DNA of 64,000 nt from Octopus vulgaris. Taxonomy: Eukaryota. Shown here in pieces: positions 13,770 through 27,986 of this stretch (the first letter of the stretch is position 1; every line of letters starts with the position of its first letter). Under the pieces are notes generated by a model, which was not told where the DNA came from, searched no databases, and saw only the letters and a list, made by a program, of their open reading frames with translations. The DNA lies in contig OX597822.1 in assembly GCA_951406725.2 (NCBI GenBank), positions 49,538,001 through 49,602,000 of the forward strand, given 5' to 3'. The translations under genes were made by a program, and so were the position numbers.

Positions 13770-14194
13770 GGATCTTTGCGGTTTGAACGGCAGTTTTTTC
13801 TAGCGGTGCCATATGAAATTTTCACCCATGATTATAACCCTAGTATCGATCTATTGCATTTCAATCTGTTTTAGGGTTAGGGTTAGTTAGGGTTAGGGGT
13901 GGGGGAAGGGTATCTTTTTTTCTTCAGAAATGTAAATAAACCCAATCTGTTTCTTAAACGAGGGACATATTCATATTGCACAGAATGTTTTTCACCTCAA
14001 TAGACGTCATTGATTGTTTGAAAGTGCAGAAATTGAAGAAAAAACAACAAATATCTTACAAACTATAGAATTTTCGCAATAAAGCCATGAGAAAAAGATG
14101 TTTTATAAACACATTCTACCAGTATACGAAGTTTAAAAGTGTTTAATTACGTGGAAATTATTTTAAAAAACTGCCGTTCAAGCCGAAAAGATCC
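13770..14194. mobile_element. MITE with about 30-bp TIRs and 8-bp TSD (Merlin-like; hAT not excluded)
   Basis: GGATCTTTGCGGTTTGAACGGCAGTTTTTT ... AAAAAACTGCCGTTCAAGCCGAAAAGATCC; perfect TSD CCCGCTGC at 13762-13769 and 14195-14202; internal TTAGGG repeats at about 13871-13898. Confidence 0.85.
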
Positions 14195-15667
14195 CCCGCT
14201 GCCCTAAAGAAGAACAAAAAAGTGTCTTGCGAACGAACGAAGTTCTGCCTGGTTACTATCCTTGTTAGTAGTTATAGTTAATTCGCCCATAAACCAGACT
14301 CTACCGTCTCAAAATGGCAGCGCACATTGGATATATTGTATTCAATAGCATACTGGCTAGTAACGCTTGGAACTCTCATGCCAATAGTTCTAATGAACAC
14401 GGTTGAAATAGTTTGATCAGTGACCTGATCGATTGTGATTTACCTCGTCTTTAATAACAATAACAATTTCAACAACAGCAATCGCAACATTCAAGCGCAC
14501 ATTGCGGACAGAAAAAAATGGAAGTATTTTAATTATAAAAGCAATAATTGATTAATCAGTTTCAGTCAGGACAAAATAGTAACGAATTTTTTCATCAGTT
14601 TTATACTATGTCACAATTAATTAGTTCGTAATTGTTCTAAGTACTTCACCATTCTGGTGTTCCACTATTTCATGTTATAACGTTTCTTGAAGTACAACTG
14701 TCGCACGTTAATTTTGTAGACAAAGATATATACTCTGCCACTGCATCTCGAAGATCTCTCGGTTGCAGACTTTATTTAAATTGTAAGGTAGAAGAAATGT
14801 CGGAGCAATGGCTTTGAAAGCAAAAATTTATTTTTCAATTTAATTTTCCCCACTTCAGTTTCCTAAAGTGCAATAAACGGGTGTCTCTACATTGTGCCAC
14901 TTACCACTAGAAATAGTAGCTAAATTTTTCTCAGATCGCACCCCTCTCTGTTAAATTATCTCAATATATCTAATACTGCATGTCAACGAATATATATCTC
15001 CTAGGTGAGGGCAAAACAATAACAATGCACAAAGTAGCTCTCTACATAATAGCTCGACTTGCTAAACACAGTAGCTAAAACACCTACAACTTATATACTA
15101 CTGTTTTAAAACGGATGAAACGTTGAATAATGTAGTCCTAGAAATAAGAAAAACAAACAAAAAACAGGACAGTTAGAAATGGATTTCATTTGATTATCGT
15201 GATTCACTGTTAAGCTGAGTCTAAGTAGGGATTGGGCTCATTATTTTTATATAGTACAACCACAATAAGAATAATCATTGTTGTTATATTGTATGTTTAT
15301 TTCATACGTATATAAAGTTATATGAAAAAAATCATATAGATTTATATACTTCAGTGTGATCGATATTGCAAGTATTGGCAATGTATGAATGAATTAATAA
15401 TAAATATCAGATAATTAAGTTTAGTTCACATTAGGGCGTTGCATCTTATGAAACGAATGTGTATTTTGTGTGATAACGACCGTGAAGAAAGATGATTTGT
15501 TGAATAAATATAGTATTTAATTTCAATATAGTAAATTTCATAGTTTGAATTCGCATCATAAGGTCAATAAAATATATATAAGCCAGCTACTAGATCAATA
15601 AGTTGTTTTCCTTCAAATTACTGATTTCGATCGAGGTCAGCAATCATTAACACACGCACAAACGAAT

Positions 15668-15734
<67 letters not shown>

Positions 15735-15992
15735 TACAGTTAATTCGAGAATGTTAGCTCTACATAATCGTAATCCCCAAAATTCCACTGATTAATCACT
15801 ATCATATAATGAGAAAGTCTCTGCGAGATGTTAGGGATTATTGTAGTAATACATATTATTAATAATGAACGAAAGAAAATGGAAAAAAGATGAATGTAGG
15901 AATAATTGGTTTATTTGATGTTGAATTTTTGAAACATAACTGTACAAATAAACTCTAAGTTGTAAAGCTCAAAAATAAATGGGAGATGCGAA

Positions 15993-16113
15993 AAAAATGT
16001 ACATATATGTCTCCGTTTAAGCCCCATGTTGATATGTAATTCTAAGTATTCCGTTATATGCTAGGAATGGCATAATTTTTAACTATATGGGGCAGTACTT
16101 CGTCAGAGTTTTT
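15993..16113 (-). ncRNA. Degenerate hammerhead with long stem II in an old PLE pseudo-LTR
   Basis: Minus: CUGACGA-AGUACU-GCCCCAU...AUGGGGC-UUAAACG-GAGA(for GAAA)-CAUAUAUG-UA; palindromic stem III. Confidence 0.45.
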
Positions 16114-16257
16114 ATAAGCTTATTGAACAAAGTTTAACATATTTCTTAGAAGGATGCATACAAAATACTAATACGTTTAAGAAGTTGGATCCAATATATT
16201 ATGTAAATGTATCTAAGTGGTGAGTTATAGATGTTAGTGAAGATGCCATTATAGTAA

Positions 16258-16623
16258 ATAAAGTAAGTGAGGGAAAACAAAAACAAATATTAATTAAAAA
16301 TAATCTTAAAAATATAAGGGTAAAGAACAAAGATAAGAAAGATCGAAATGAAAAATCAATAATAAATAGAAATTAAAGAAAAATATACATGTATGTAAAA
16401 TATATATAGTATACAATTTGAATGAAAAGAAAAGAATAATACTTAAGTATGCAAGGAAAACATTTATATAATAAAATGAACGAAAGATAAGTATTTTTTA
16501 TATGAATAATATATAGTATATTGACTAATTTTTTCTTCTCGCTAGACCACTAGTAGCAAAGAATTTTTCTAAAAGTCTTTTTGCTACCCTAAGATTTATT
16601 AATTACACACACACACACACACA

Positions 16624-16699
<76 letters not shown>

Positions 16700-17140
16700 C
16701 ATAAATTTGAATATATACATCTTTTCTTTTTTGATGAATAACGGTCTATAAGGCATATAAGATACATATGTTAACTCTCAATTTTCAAACTTTTATCCTT
16801 GCTTGATTTTATATATGACACATATTGATGTTATCGCTTCTCTTCTATAGCTTTCCTGACCGGTATTACCAAACCAATAGAAATAATTTATCTTATATAT
16901 AACTGTTGACTAATATTTTTTACGATCTAATTCATCTTTCATTCGTTTCATTATATACATTTTCCCCTTGCATATTATTATTTTCTTTTTATTTAAATTT
17001 ATACTATATATATTTTGCATACATGTATATTTTTCTTGAATTTCTATTTACTATTGATTTTTCATTTTTATCTTTCTTACCTTTTCTCGTTACCCTTAAT
17101 TTTTTTGGTTATTGTTATTTATTTTTTATTTATATTTACT
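16258..17140. repeat. Diverged inverted repeat pair (16258-16495 vs 16930-17140), probable inverted PLE pseudo-LTRs
   Basis: e.g. aaaaatcaataataaatagaaattaaagaaaaatatacatgtatg vs catacatgtatatttttcttgaatttctatttactattgatttttc. The segment at 16503-16597 recurs at 56773-56863. Confidence 0.65.
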
Positions 17141-17149
17141 GTGGCTAAC

Positions 17150-18150
17150 CTTTTCCTGGTATGGTAGGACAAGTGGCGTAAAGAACGCCTGGCACCGAAC
17201 TCCATACTGATTTACATATGATATCAACATAGTGGTAATGACACCTCCACAAGAGAGTATCCTTGAACTAGAAATAGAAACTAATACTATGGTGAGCATC
17301 CAGCAAATAAATAGCTCCATCCACCAGAGCATTAAGGTCACGATAGAATACCCTACGAAACACCCTAATCATAGTATTAGATACAGTATTACATACAGAA
17401 GTCTGACTGGAAACAGTGAATAATAAAACCTGAATTCTCCGTTCCCACCATGCCAAACGTAAGGCCTCCAGATACCTGATCAACCGGAACGCAGCTATCG
17501 CGGACAATGCCAAGTTAAGTATATTGTTGGCAGACCTCATCAGAATAATGAAAAATGTGTTCCACATGTGCAACTATGAAGAGTTAAACATGCACATACA
17601 ACACGTCGTCCACCTCATGCAGTTCTCAGGTCACAGCAATAAATAAAGGATTAGTGTATATATAAAGGAGCCATGAAGAAATTTGAAACTACCATACGTA
17701 AAGATAAGAATGGGATTTACCCACTCTAAAAGAGCTAGTCATAGAATACCACTGAAAAGACTAAGAAGAAAATTGGGAAGGCCAACACATGGTTTAAATA
17801 GCCACAAATACCAGAGTGTCGTGTTCGATTACACCACCCTTTGATCGAACTAGTGTACCGCTTTAGAAGGGCCGTAGAAAGCTTAAGCTAAGAATTAAGG
17901 TTCTAGAAAGGCCGGGTAACCCTATCAAATCCCTAATCAGCAGACCCTACTCTTTTAATAGACCTCCTTGTATTGATAGGAATTGCATTGTATGTAGAGT
18001 TAGCACACAAACAAACTGTAAAGCTAGGAATGTAGTCATAGAATAAGATGTACAGAGGGACGGTGTAGTAACAAGACAACATCGTACCTAGGGGAGACAG
18101 CACGTAGCATAGGAGAGCGGGTCAATGGGCATTCGGGGAAACTCGTCTTT
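17150..18150 (+). mobile_element. Decayed Penelope-like element (RT thumb, Cys linker, start of GIY-YIG)
   Basis: KASRYLINRNAAIADNAKLSILLADLIRIMKN...MQFSG (thumb); PCIDRNCIVCRV...NCKARNVV; [27 protein letters not shown] (GIY-YIG YxGET..R..H); frameshifted. Confidence 0.7.
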
Positions 18151-18158
18151 GATTTTCT

Positions 18159-18287
<129 letters not shown>

Positions 18288-18298
18288 TATATAGAAGG

Positions 18299-18349
18299 AG
18301 ATTCTACAGGACTAGAACTGTTTCATTCAAGAGAAATCTTCAGGAAGCT
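18299..18349 (-). ncRNA. Type I hammerhead ribozyme, inverted copy with one stem I mismatch
   Basis: Reverse complement of 25049-25099 except agattc for agcttc. Confidence 0.8.
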
Positions 18350-18387
18350 AGTTAACAAGAATTGTATTGGCATTTATACATTTATAC

Positions 18388-19353
18388 ATTGACGTCACCC
18401 TCGACTTAAAAACCTCACTTTTTTACCCGTACCACAAACCAAATGAATCCCTTAGATACATAGATATTAATTCCAACCACCCCAAAAATATATTAGATAA
18501 CCTAGTAAAAAGTGTCTCAATTAGAATTTCTATCCTGTCCGCCACGGAAGATATCTTTAAGGCCGCAGCCCCCTATTACAACGAGGCCCTGGCCCGCAGT
18601 GGCTTTAAAGATAAGATTACCTATACTAGTATAGCCCCACGCCAACCCAGGAAAAATAGACGAAGACACATTAGCTGCTACAACCCCTCCTTCAACCGTG
18701 AGGTCGCTACACCTGTAGCTAAAATCTTCTTCACTCTCCTACAGAAACACTTCCCCACCCAACATAAGTACTACACTATCCTAAATAAGAACACTATTAG
18801 ACTCTCCTACTCTACCACGCCCAATCTAGCCAGGAACCTAGCCAACAACAATGTGAAAAAACTTAATATATCTACTTTTTCCGAGGCCCATCCAACGTCC
18901 GATAGCAATTGCAACTGCCCTGATAAAACCACCTGCCCCCTCAACAACAACTGCCTACAGAGGGACCTAGTATATACATGCGAGGTAAGATCAGGCCCTG
19001 ACGATAAAAGAAAATCCTACATCGGAATGACGTCAAACAGCTTTAAGACCCGTTGGTACGCCCACACACACTCGTTCCGGCGACCGGATAAATCCAACCA
19101 AACTACCCTCGCCGCCCACATCTGGTACCTTAAAAAGAACTCCAACCCCTTCAAGACCAAGTGGAAACTACTACAGAAGGCGCGTTCGTACACAGGAGGC
19201 CATACCTGCTGTGACCTTTGCATTTCGGAGAGCCTAGAGATCTTGTTCGCCAAAGGCCCTCTCCTTAGCAAGATCTCAGAACACTCCCCAAATTGCATGC
19301 ATAAGAATTATGCAAACTACAAGAACTATAGACCTACCCGGCAACAAGATTGA
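18388..19353 (+). CDS. 5'-truncated Penelope-like element ORF: RT C-terminus/thumb + zinc linker + GIY-YIG endonuclease (Naiad-like architecture)
   Basis: Uninterrupted frame: DVTLDL..YPYHKPN..YIDINSNHP; CNCPDKTTCPLNNNC; LVY..SYIGMT.NSFKTRW..H; TLAAHIWYLK; CDLCISE; CMHK. No true start; the first codons of the listed ORF come from an inverted pLTR piece. Confidence 0.9.
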   Translation: MDVTLDLKTSLFYPYHKPNESLRYIDINSNHPKNILDNLVKSVSIRISILSATEDIFKAAAPYYNEALARSGFKDKITYTSIAPRQPRKNRRRHISCYNPSFNREVATPVAKIFFTLLQKHFPTQHKYYTILNKNTIRLSYSTTPNLARNLANNNVKKLNISTFSEAHPTSDSNCNCPDKTTCPLNNNCLQRDLVYTCEVRSGPDDKRKSYIGMTSNSFKTRWYAHTHSFRRPDKSNQTTLAAHIWYLKKNSNPFKTKWKLLQKARSYTGGHTCCDLCISESLEILFAKGPLLSKISEHSPNCMHKNYANYKNYRPTRQQD

Positions 19354-19868
19354 TGACACCCCCCCACAACCCCCCCACAATCCCACCGTTCCCCTAGCAC
19401 CCCCGATTACCTTTTCTCCTAAGACCTTTCACATATTGTATGTGCACGCTTGTATATGTGTATTGTATATATGTATAGAAATGTATGGGTATAGTAGGAA
19501 TATACGCATGTATTATGTGTGTGTGTGTGTGTATGTATGTAAAAAAAAAAATATATATATATGTATGTGTGTGTGTGTGTATATGTATATATGTATATAT
19601 GTGTGTATGCATATGTATGTGTATATGTATGTGTGTATATATGTGTATGTATATATAAAATATTATATAATTAGGGCTTAGTAAAATAAATTACTTTGCC
19701 ACATACTGAACTTTCTAGAAATAGCAGCCAAAAAAGTTTTTTAGCCATTTCCACTACTTAAAGAAAATTTTCTCTCAGACAATGTTTACTCAAAAAAATA
19801 ATGGTCCTTTTACATACTGAATACTTGGTGAAATTGATTAATAACTAATTAACTTTACCCTCAATTGT

Positions 19869-19908
<40 letters not shown>

Positions 19909-19925
19909 GTATATATATATATATG

Positions 19926-19971
<46 letters not shown>

Positions 19972-19972
19972 A

Positions 19973-20015
<43 letters not shown>

Positions 20016-20457
20016 ATATATATATTTATATATATTTATATATATATATATATATGTGTATGTGTATGTGTATATGTATATATATATATATAAATATATA
20101 AGTGTACGCGAGTATGTCGATGTATATGTAGGTATGTAAAGTTATGTGTATGTGCATGTATGTGTGTGTATATACAGATTGTAGATGGGTATATATATAT
20201 GTGTGTGTATATATACATATATGTATGTATATATATATGTGTGTGTGTATATATATATATATATATGTATATGTGGGTATGTAGAGTTATACGTATGTGC
20301 ATGTGTATGTGTATGTATATATATATATGTATGTGTATGTGTATGTATGTATATATATGTGTGTGTGTGAGTATGTGTGTATATGTATATATGTATATAT
20401 ATGTGTGTATGTGTAGGTGTGGGTATATATATATATATGTGTATATATATATATATA

Positions 20458-20488
<31 letters not shown>

Positions 20489-20772
20489 TTATATATGTAT
20501 ATATATATATATATATATGTGAACATGTGTGTGTATGTGTACATATGTGTATGTGTATATATATGTATATATATGTATATATATATATATATGTGTGTAA
20601 GTGTGTGTATATATGTATATGTAAGTGTGTATGTGTGTATGAGTATGTATGTATGTTTGCACACATGTATATATATATATATATATGTATGTCCCGGGTT
20701 GATTCGGGGTTAACCACAGTAAATAAGGTACTCAATACATAGCAGAGTAAAATTAATTTATTATATAGAAGG

Positions 20773-20823
20773 AGCTTCTACAGGACTAGAACTGTTTCAT
20801 TCAAGAGAAATCTTCAGGAAGCT
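20773..20823 (-). ncRNA. Type I hammerhead ribozyme, identical inverted copy
   Basis: Exact reverse complement of 25049-25099. Confidence 0.85.
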
Positions 20824-21100
20824 AGTTAACAAGAATTGTATTGGCATTTATACATTTAGGCACGTTTAAAGGGGTGGTGGTGGGGGACTTTTTGGGGGTA
20901 AGCATAGCGCAAAATATCATACTTGGGGGAGTGGTCAAGGAGTCAGTGGTAAATTAGATAAAAGAATAAATAAAAGAATAAAAAAATATATAAAAGAATC
21001 GAGTTTTAGGTAAATAAGGAGATTCTCACTTATACCTATACACATATGTATACATATATACACACACACACACATATACATACACACATACATACACACA

Positions 21101-21141
<41 letters not shown>

Positions 21142-21685
21142 CACATACATACATATATCAACACATATATATACATATATATATATATATCTACACACAT
21201 ATATATATATACATATATATATACACACACACACATATATGCATACACATACACACACACATGTATATATACACACACGTCCACACATACAAATACACAC
21301 ATAAAAATATATACATACACAAACATACACCTACACGCATACATACACATATCCACATACACACATGCACACACAACACAAAAGTCCCTATATGCACATA
21401 TATACACATACACACATATACATATATATACATATATATATATATACATATGTGTACCTATACATACCTACACATACACACATATATATATATCTATATA
21501 TATATATCTATCTATCTATCTATATATATATATATATATATATACAGACTTACACATATGTACACATACATACACACATACATAACTCTACGTACCTACA
21601 TATACATAAACACACGAGCGTACACGTATATGTACATATACACATACACACACACATATATACATACATACATATACATACACAC

Positions 21686-21716
<31 letters not shown>

Positions 21717-21727
21717 TACATATATAC

Positions 21728-21758
<31 letters not shown>

Positions 21759-21807
21759 CACACACACATATACATACTTATGCATACACACACATACACA
21801 TACACAC

Positions 21808-21860
<53 letters not shown>

Positions 21861-21987
21861 TATATATGTACACACATACACACATACACATATATATACA
21901 CACATACACACTCACACATACATATATACATACACACACACATACATATACATACACACATATACATATATATATATATATAGAAGG

Positions 21988-22038
21988 AGCTTCTACAGGA
22001 CTAGAACTGTTTCATTCAAGAGAAATCTTCAGGAAGCT
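21988..22038 (-). ncRNA. Type I hammerhead ribozyme, identical inverted copy
   Basis: Exact reverse complement of 25049-25099. Confidence 0.85.
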
Positions 22039-22102
22039 AGTTAACAAGAATTGTATTGGCATTTATACATTTAGGCAGGTTTAAAGGGGTTGTGTGTATA
22101 TA

Positions 22103-22151
<49 letters not shown>

Positions 22152-22307
22152 GTGTGTGTATATGTAGATATATATATATATATGTGTACATACACACACA
22201 ATATATATATATATATATATACTACATACACATACACATACATATATATATACACATACATATACATACATATACACATGCACATACGTATAATTCTACA
22301 TACCCAC

Positions 22308-22346
<39 letters not shown>

Positions 22347-22613
22347 CACATACATATACATATATATATGCACATATACACACACATATATATACCCATC
22401 TACAATCTGTATATACACACACATACATGCACATACACATAACTCTACATACCTACATATATGTATGTATATATATATATATAAGTGTACGCGAGTATGT
22501 CGATGTATATGTAGGTATGTAGAGTTATGTGTATGTGCATGTATGTGTGTGTATATACAGATTGTAGATGGGTATATATATGTGTGTGTATATGTGCATA
22601 TATATATGTATAT

Positions 22614-22655
<42 letters not shown>

Positions 22656-23066
22656 GTAGAATTATACGTATGTGCATGTGTATATGTATGTATATGTATG
22701 TGTATATATATACGTATGTGTATGTGTATGTAGGTATATATATGTGTGTGTGTGTATGAGTGTATATGTATGTATATATGTATATGTATGTATATGTGTA
22801 GGTGCGGGTATATATATATATGTGTGTGTGTGTGTATATGTATGTGTATATGTATATGTATGTATGTATATATATATGTATATGTATGTGTAAGTGTATA
22901 TATATGTGTATATATATGTATATATGTGTATGTGTGAATATATATATGTATACATGTATGTGTGTATGTATGTATATATGTATGTATATATATGTGTGTA
23001 AGTGTGTGTATATATGTATATGTAAGTGTGTGTGTGTATGAGTATGTATCTATGTTTGCACACATG

Positions 23067-23105
<39 letters not shown>

Positions 23106-23210
23106 GTATGTGTGTGTGTGTATATATGTATGTGTGTGTGTGTATGTGTGTATATGTATGTGTATGTGTATGTATGTATGTGTATATGTATGTATATGTA
23201 TGTGTGTATA

Positions 23211-23261
<51 letters not shown>

Positions 23262-23534
23262 ATATATATATATATATATGTGTGTATGTGTATGTGTGTG
23301 TATGTATATGTATGTATATGTGTATGTGTGTATATATATATATATATATGTATATAAAAAAATATATGGATATATGTATATATGTATATATGTGTGTATG
23401 TATATGTATGTATGTATATATATGTGTGTGTATGTGTATGTGTATATGTACATATACGTGTACGCTCGTGTGTTTATGTATATGTAGGTACGTAGAGTTA
23501 TGTATGTGTGTATGTATATGTACATATGTGTAGG

Positions 23535-23583
<49 letters not shown>

Positions 23584-23840
23584 GTGCGTAAGTTTATATG
23601 TATGTATCCGTCTGTATAATGGGTAACTGCACGTACATATACTTAATATTTATTATTTATTTTTTGAGTATGCATGTAAGTATGAATATAAGGAGGCGCG
23701 CGTGTGTGTGTGTGTGTATGTGTAAGCATAGAGATATATGTATACTTTTACGCATGTATATGTGTATGTGTGTGTATGTGTATATGTGTATGTATGTGTG
23801 TGTGTGTATATATGTTTATGTATGTATGTATATGTATGTG

Positions 23841-23877
<37 letters not shown>

Positions 23878-24019
23878 GTATATATGTATATATATATGTG
23901 TATGTGTATGTTTGTATGTGTGTATGCATGAGCGTATATGTATGTATATGTATACGTGTGGGTGTGTGTATGTATATATATGTATGTATGTATGGGTGTA
24001 TGTATGTATGTATGTGTAC

Positions 24020-24073
<54 letters not shown>

Positions 24074-24436
24074 TTGTATGTAGGTGTATAATAGATTAGT
24101 CTTCTAAGCGTGTAGACATGAATCTGTAGATACGCGTACGTATGTGTTTATATATGAATGTATGTAGATGTATGTATGAATATAACGCGTACGTGCGTGT
24201 ATGTGTATGAGTGTGCGAATGAGTGAGTGTGCGTGCTAATGAGTGTGCGTGCGTGAGTGAGTGCTTGTGTTCACGTAGAAAGATAAATGGACTTGCTGTC
24301 GTAGCCAAGATGCTTGTGACCAGCGGTCAAAGATAACAAAAGTAATAAATGAAGATAATAAAATTAAAATTAGGGAATGGGTTTGTATTTGTATGTATAT
24401 ATATATGTGTGTATGTGTAGGTATGTATAGGTACAC

Positions 24437-24492
<56 letters not shown>

Positions 24493-25048
24493 ATATGTAT
24501 ATATGTGTATATAGGGACTTGTGTGTTGTGTGTGCATGTGTGTATGTGGATATGTGTGTGTATGTGTGTATGTGTATATGTGTGTGTATGTATATATTTT
24601 TGTGTGTGTATATGTATGTGTGGTCGTGTGTGTATATATACATGTGTGTGTGTATATGTATATGCATATGTGTGTGTATATATGTATATATATATATATA
24701 TATTTGTATATATATGTGTAGATATATGTATGTATATATATGTGTATGTATATATGTCTGTGTGTGTATGTATGTGTGTATGTGTGTATGTATATGTGTG
24801 TGTGTGTGTATATATGTATACATATGTGTATAGGTATAAGTGAGAATCTCCTTATTTACCTAAAACTCTATTCTTCTATATATATTTTTTTATTCCTTTA
24901 TTTATTATTTTATCTAATTTACCACTGACTCCTTGACCACTCCCCCAAGTATGATATTTTTGCGCTATGCCTACCCCCAAAAAGTCCCCCACCACCACCC
25001 CTTTAAACCTGCCTAAATGTATAAATGCCAATACAATTCTTGTTAACT

Positions 25049-25099
25049 AGCTTCCTGAAGATTTCTCTTGAATGAAACAGTTCTAGTCCTGTAGAAGCT
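25049..25099 (+). ncRNA. Type I hammerhead ribozyme of the PLE pseudo-LTR
   Basis: AGCUUC-CUGAAGA-UUUC UCUU GAAU-GAAA-CAG UUCUAGUC CUG-UA-GAAGCU. 6-bp stem I, intact core, GUA cleavage triplet (cut after 25093). Confidence 0.85.
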
Positions 25100-25185
25100 C
25101 CTTCTATATAATAAATTAATTTTACTCTGCTATGTATTGAGTACCTTATTTACTGTGGTTAACCCCGAATCAACCCGGGACCTAC

Positions 25186-25270
<85 letters not shown>

Positions 25271-25271
<1 letters not shown>

Positions 25272-25482
25272 GGCGAAATGGCCCAGTGGTTAGGGCGGCG
25301 GACTCGCGGTCGTAGGATCGCAGTTTCGATTCTTAGAGCGGGCGTTGTGAGTGTTTATTGAGCGAAAATGCCTAAAAGCTCCATGAGGTTCCGGCAGGGG
25401 ATGGTGATCCCTGCTGTACTCTTTCACCACTCTTTCTCCCACTCGTTCTTCTGTTGGTCTGGTCGGTCACGTGATCACGTGA
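25271..25482 (+). mobile_element. tRNA-derived SINE family A
   Basis: TGGCCCAGTGG A box, AGTTTCGATTCT B box; colinear with 7423-7677, with an internal deletion. Confidence 0.85.
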
Positions 25483-25802
25483 TATATATATATGTGTGTG
25501 TATGTGTGTATGTGTGTGTATGTGTGTATGTGTGTGTGTGCGCGCTCGTGTCTAATTGAATATTTGGTTTACAGGCGAACCAATCCTTTCGGATTACTCT
25601 TAGATATAATGAGCACAACACAAGCAAATGATCTAATGCCGCAACTCAGTCAATATTGTTCGCTGTGTTTTACTTAGAGCTACGACTTTGGTTAAGTCGG
25701 CCCCTAGTTTCCTCTCTCACATATTTTCCATTGATTACAACTTAAGAGGTAGAAACCCGACGGATACTCTGTTGGCAATACGGGACAAAAATGTTCTTTA
25801 AA

Positions 25803-26172
25803 GCCATGCTGGAGCACCACTTTTAGCCGAAGAAATCGACTTCAGGACTTATTCTGTGTAAGCTTAGTACTCATTCTATCGCTACATTTTTGGCAACCCG
25901 CTAAGTTACGAGGACGTAAACACACCAATATCGGTTGTGAAGCGATGGTGGGGGAATAAACATAGATACATAAACACACACACATACACACAAACACGTA
26001 TACATAAATTTATACGACGAGCTTCTTTCAGTTTCCGTCTACCAAATCCACTCACAAGGCTTTGGTCGGCCCGAGGCTATAGTAGAAGACACTTGCCCAA
26101 GGTTACACTCAGTGGGACTGAAACCGGACCCAAGTTGCTGGGAAGCAATCTTCATGCCACACAGCCACTCAT
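25803..26172 (-). mobile_element. tRNA-derived SINE family B
   Basis: Reverse complement of 9152-9556 (gccatgctggagcacc ... agacacttgcccaagg ... cacacagccactc). Confidence 0.85.
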
Positions 26173-26279
26173 GTATATATATGCATACATACATACACAC
26201 ATACATTCCAGCCCGTACTTCCTGCCACAACTCCCAGTGTAGTCGCACTGGAACATTATCACAGTGTGTGTGTGTGTGT

Positions 26280-26325
<46 letters not shown>

Positions 26326-26478
26326 AATGGCTAATTACAGCCGACTAGAGTGTTATCGAGCTCTTCGATCTGGCATTCGAAGCTCTAAATACTATGATGA
26401 TATCCTTTTACTGTTTGTTCTAATTTATTTCTCTTTTATTTCTCTAGTATCGTGGTCACATTCTTTTGTTATTACATC

Positions 26479-27449
<971 letters not shown>

Positions 27450-27927
27450 TTCATAAATTTCTCAATAATTTGTAAATACGAAAATATCAGTGAAAATAAT
27501 TGAAGAGACATCACCATATGCTTACAGATTAAAAAAAATGTAAGCTATGCGTAGCGGAAAGAAGACAGATCATTTTCAGATCTAAGAACTTCACCGCACT
27601 GCAGAATTCCATATCTGAAATTTTGAGCAGATGTAAACATATGGATATTTTCCTATTTATTACTAACTTTTTTATATTTTCTGTTACGTTTTCCACTGTT
27701 TTCAACTTTCCATCTTTTACATGTACTTGCTTCTCTTATTTTCTCTTATTTTCTCTCAGCCTATCGTCCTGTTTTAGCTTGTTATCTGGTCACAGAGAGA
27801 GGATTGCATGAAGGCACCAAACGAGGTATAAAATGTATTTCATCGCATGAAACTTTTAGTAGCTTATAAAAATATGTACTATGTTTGTGAAATTATATAT
27901 ATATATATATGTATGTATATATATATT

Positions 27928-27986
<59 letters not shown>

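Larger units (their letters stand above)
18290..25185 (+). mobile_element. Complex Penelope-like insertion: inverted pLTR fragment, ORF, multi-kb TA/TG-rich 3' region, internal inverted copy, terminal pLTR
   Basis: Unique pLTR block 24830-25185 (+) recurs inverted at 20690-21040 and partly at 18290-18388 and 21980-22090. Landmarks inside the low-complexity DNA recur (20101 = 22484; 21550-21640 = reverse complement of 23455-23535). Confidence 0.8.

Noticed and set aside
19394-24843. Dozens of long YI/HT/CV-rich ORFs
   Set aside because: Translations of TA/TG/CA dinucleotide repeats that lack stop codons in most frames; no coding signal.
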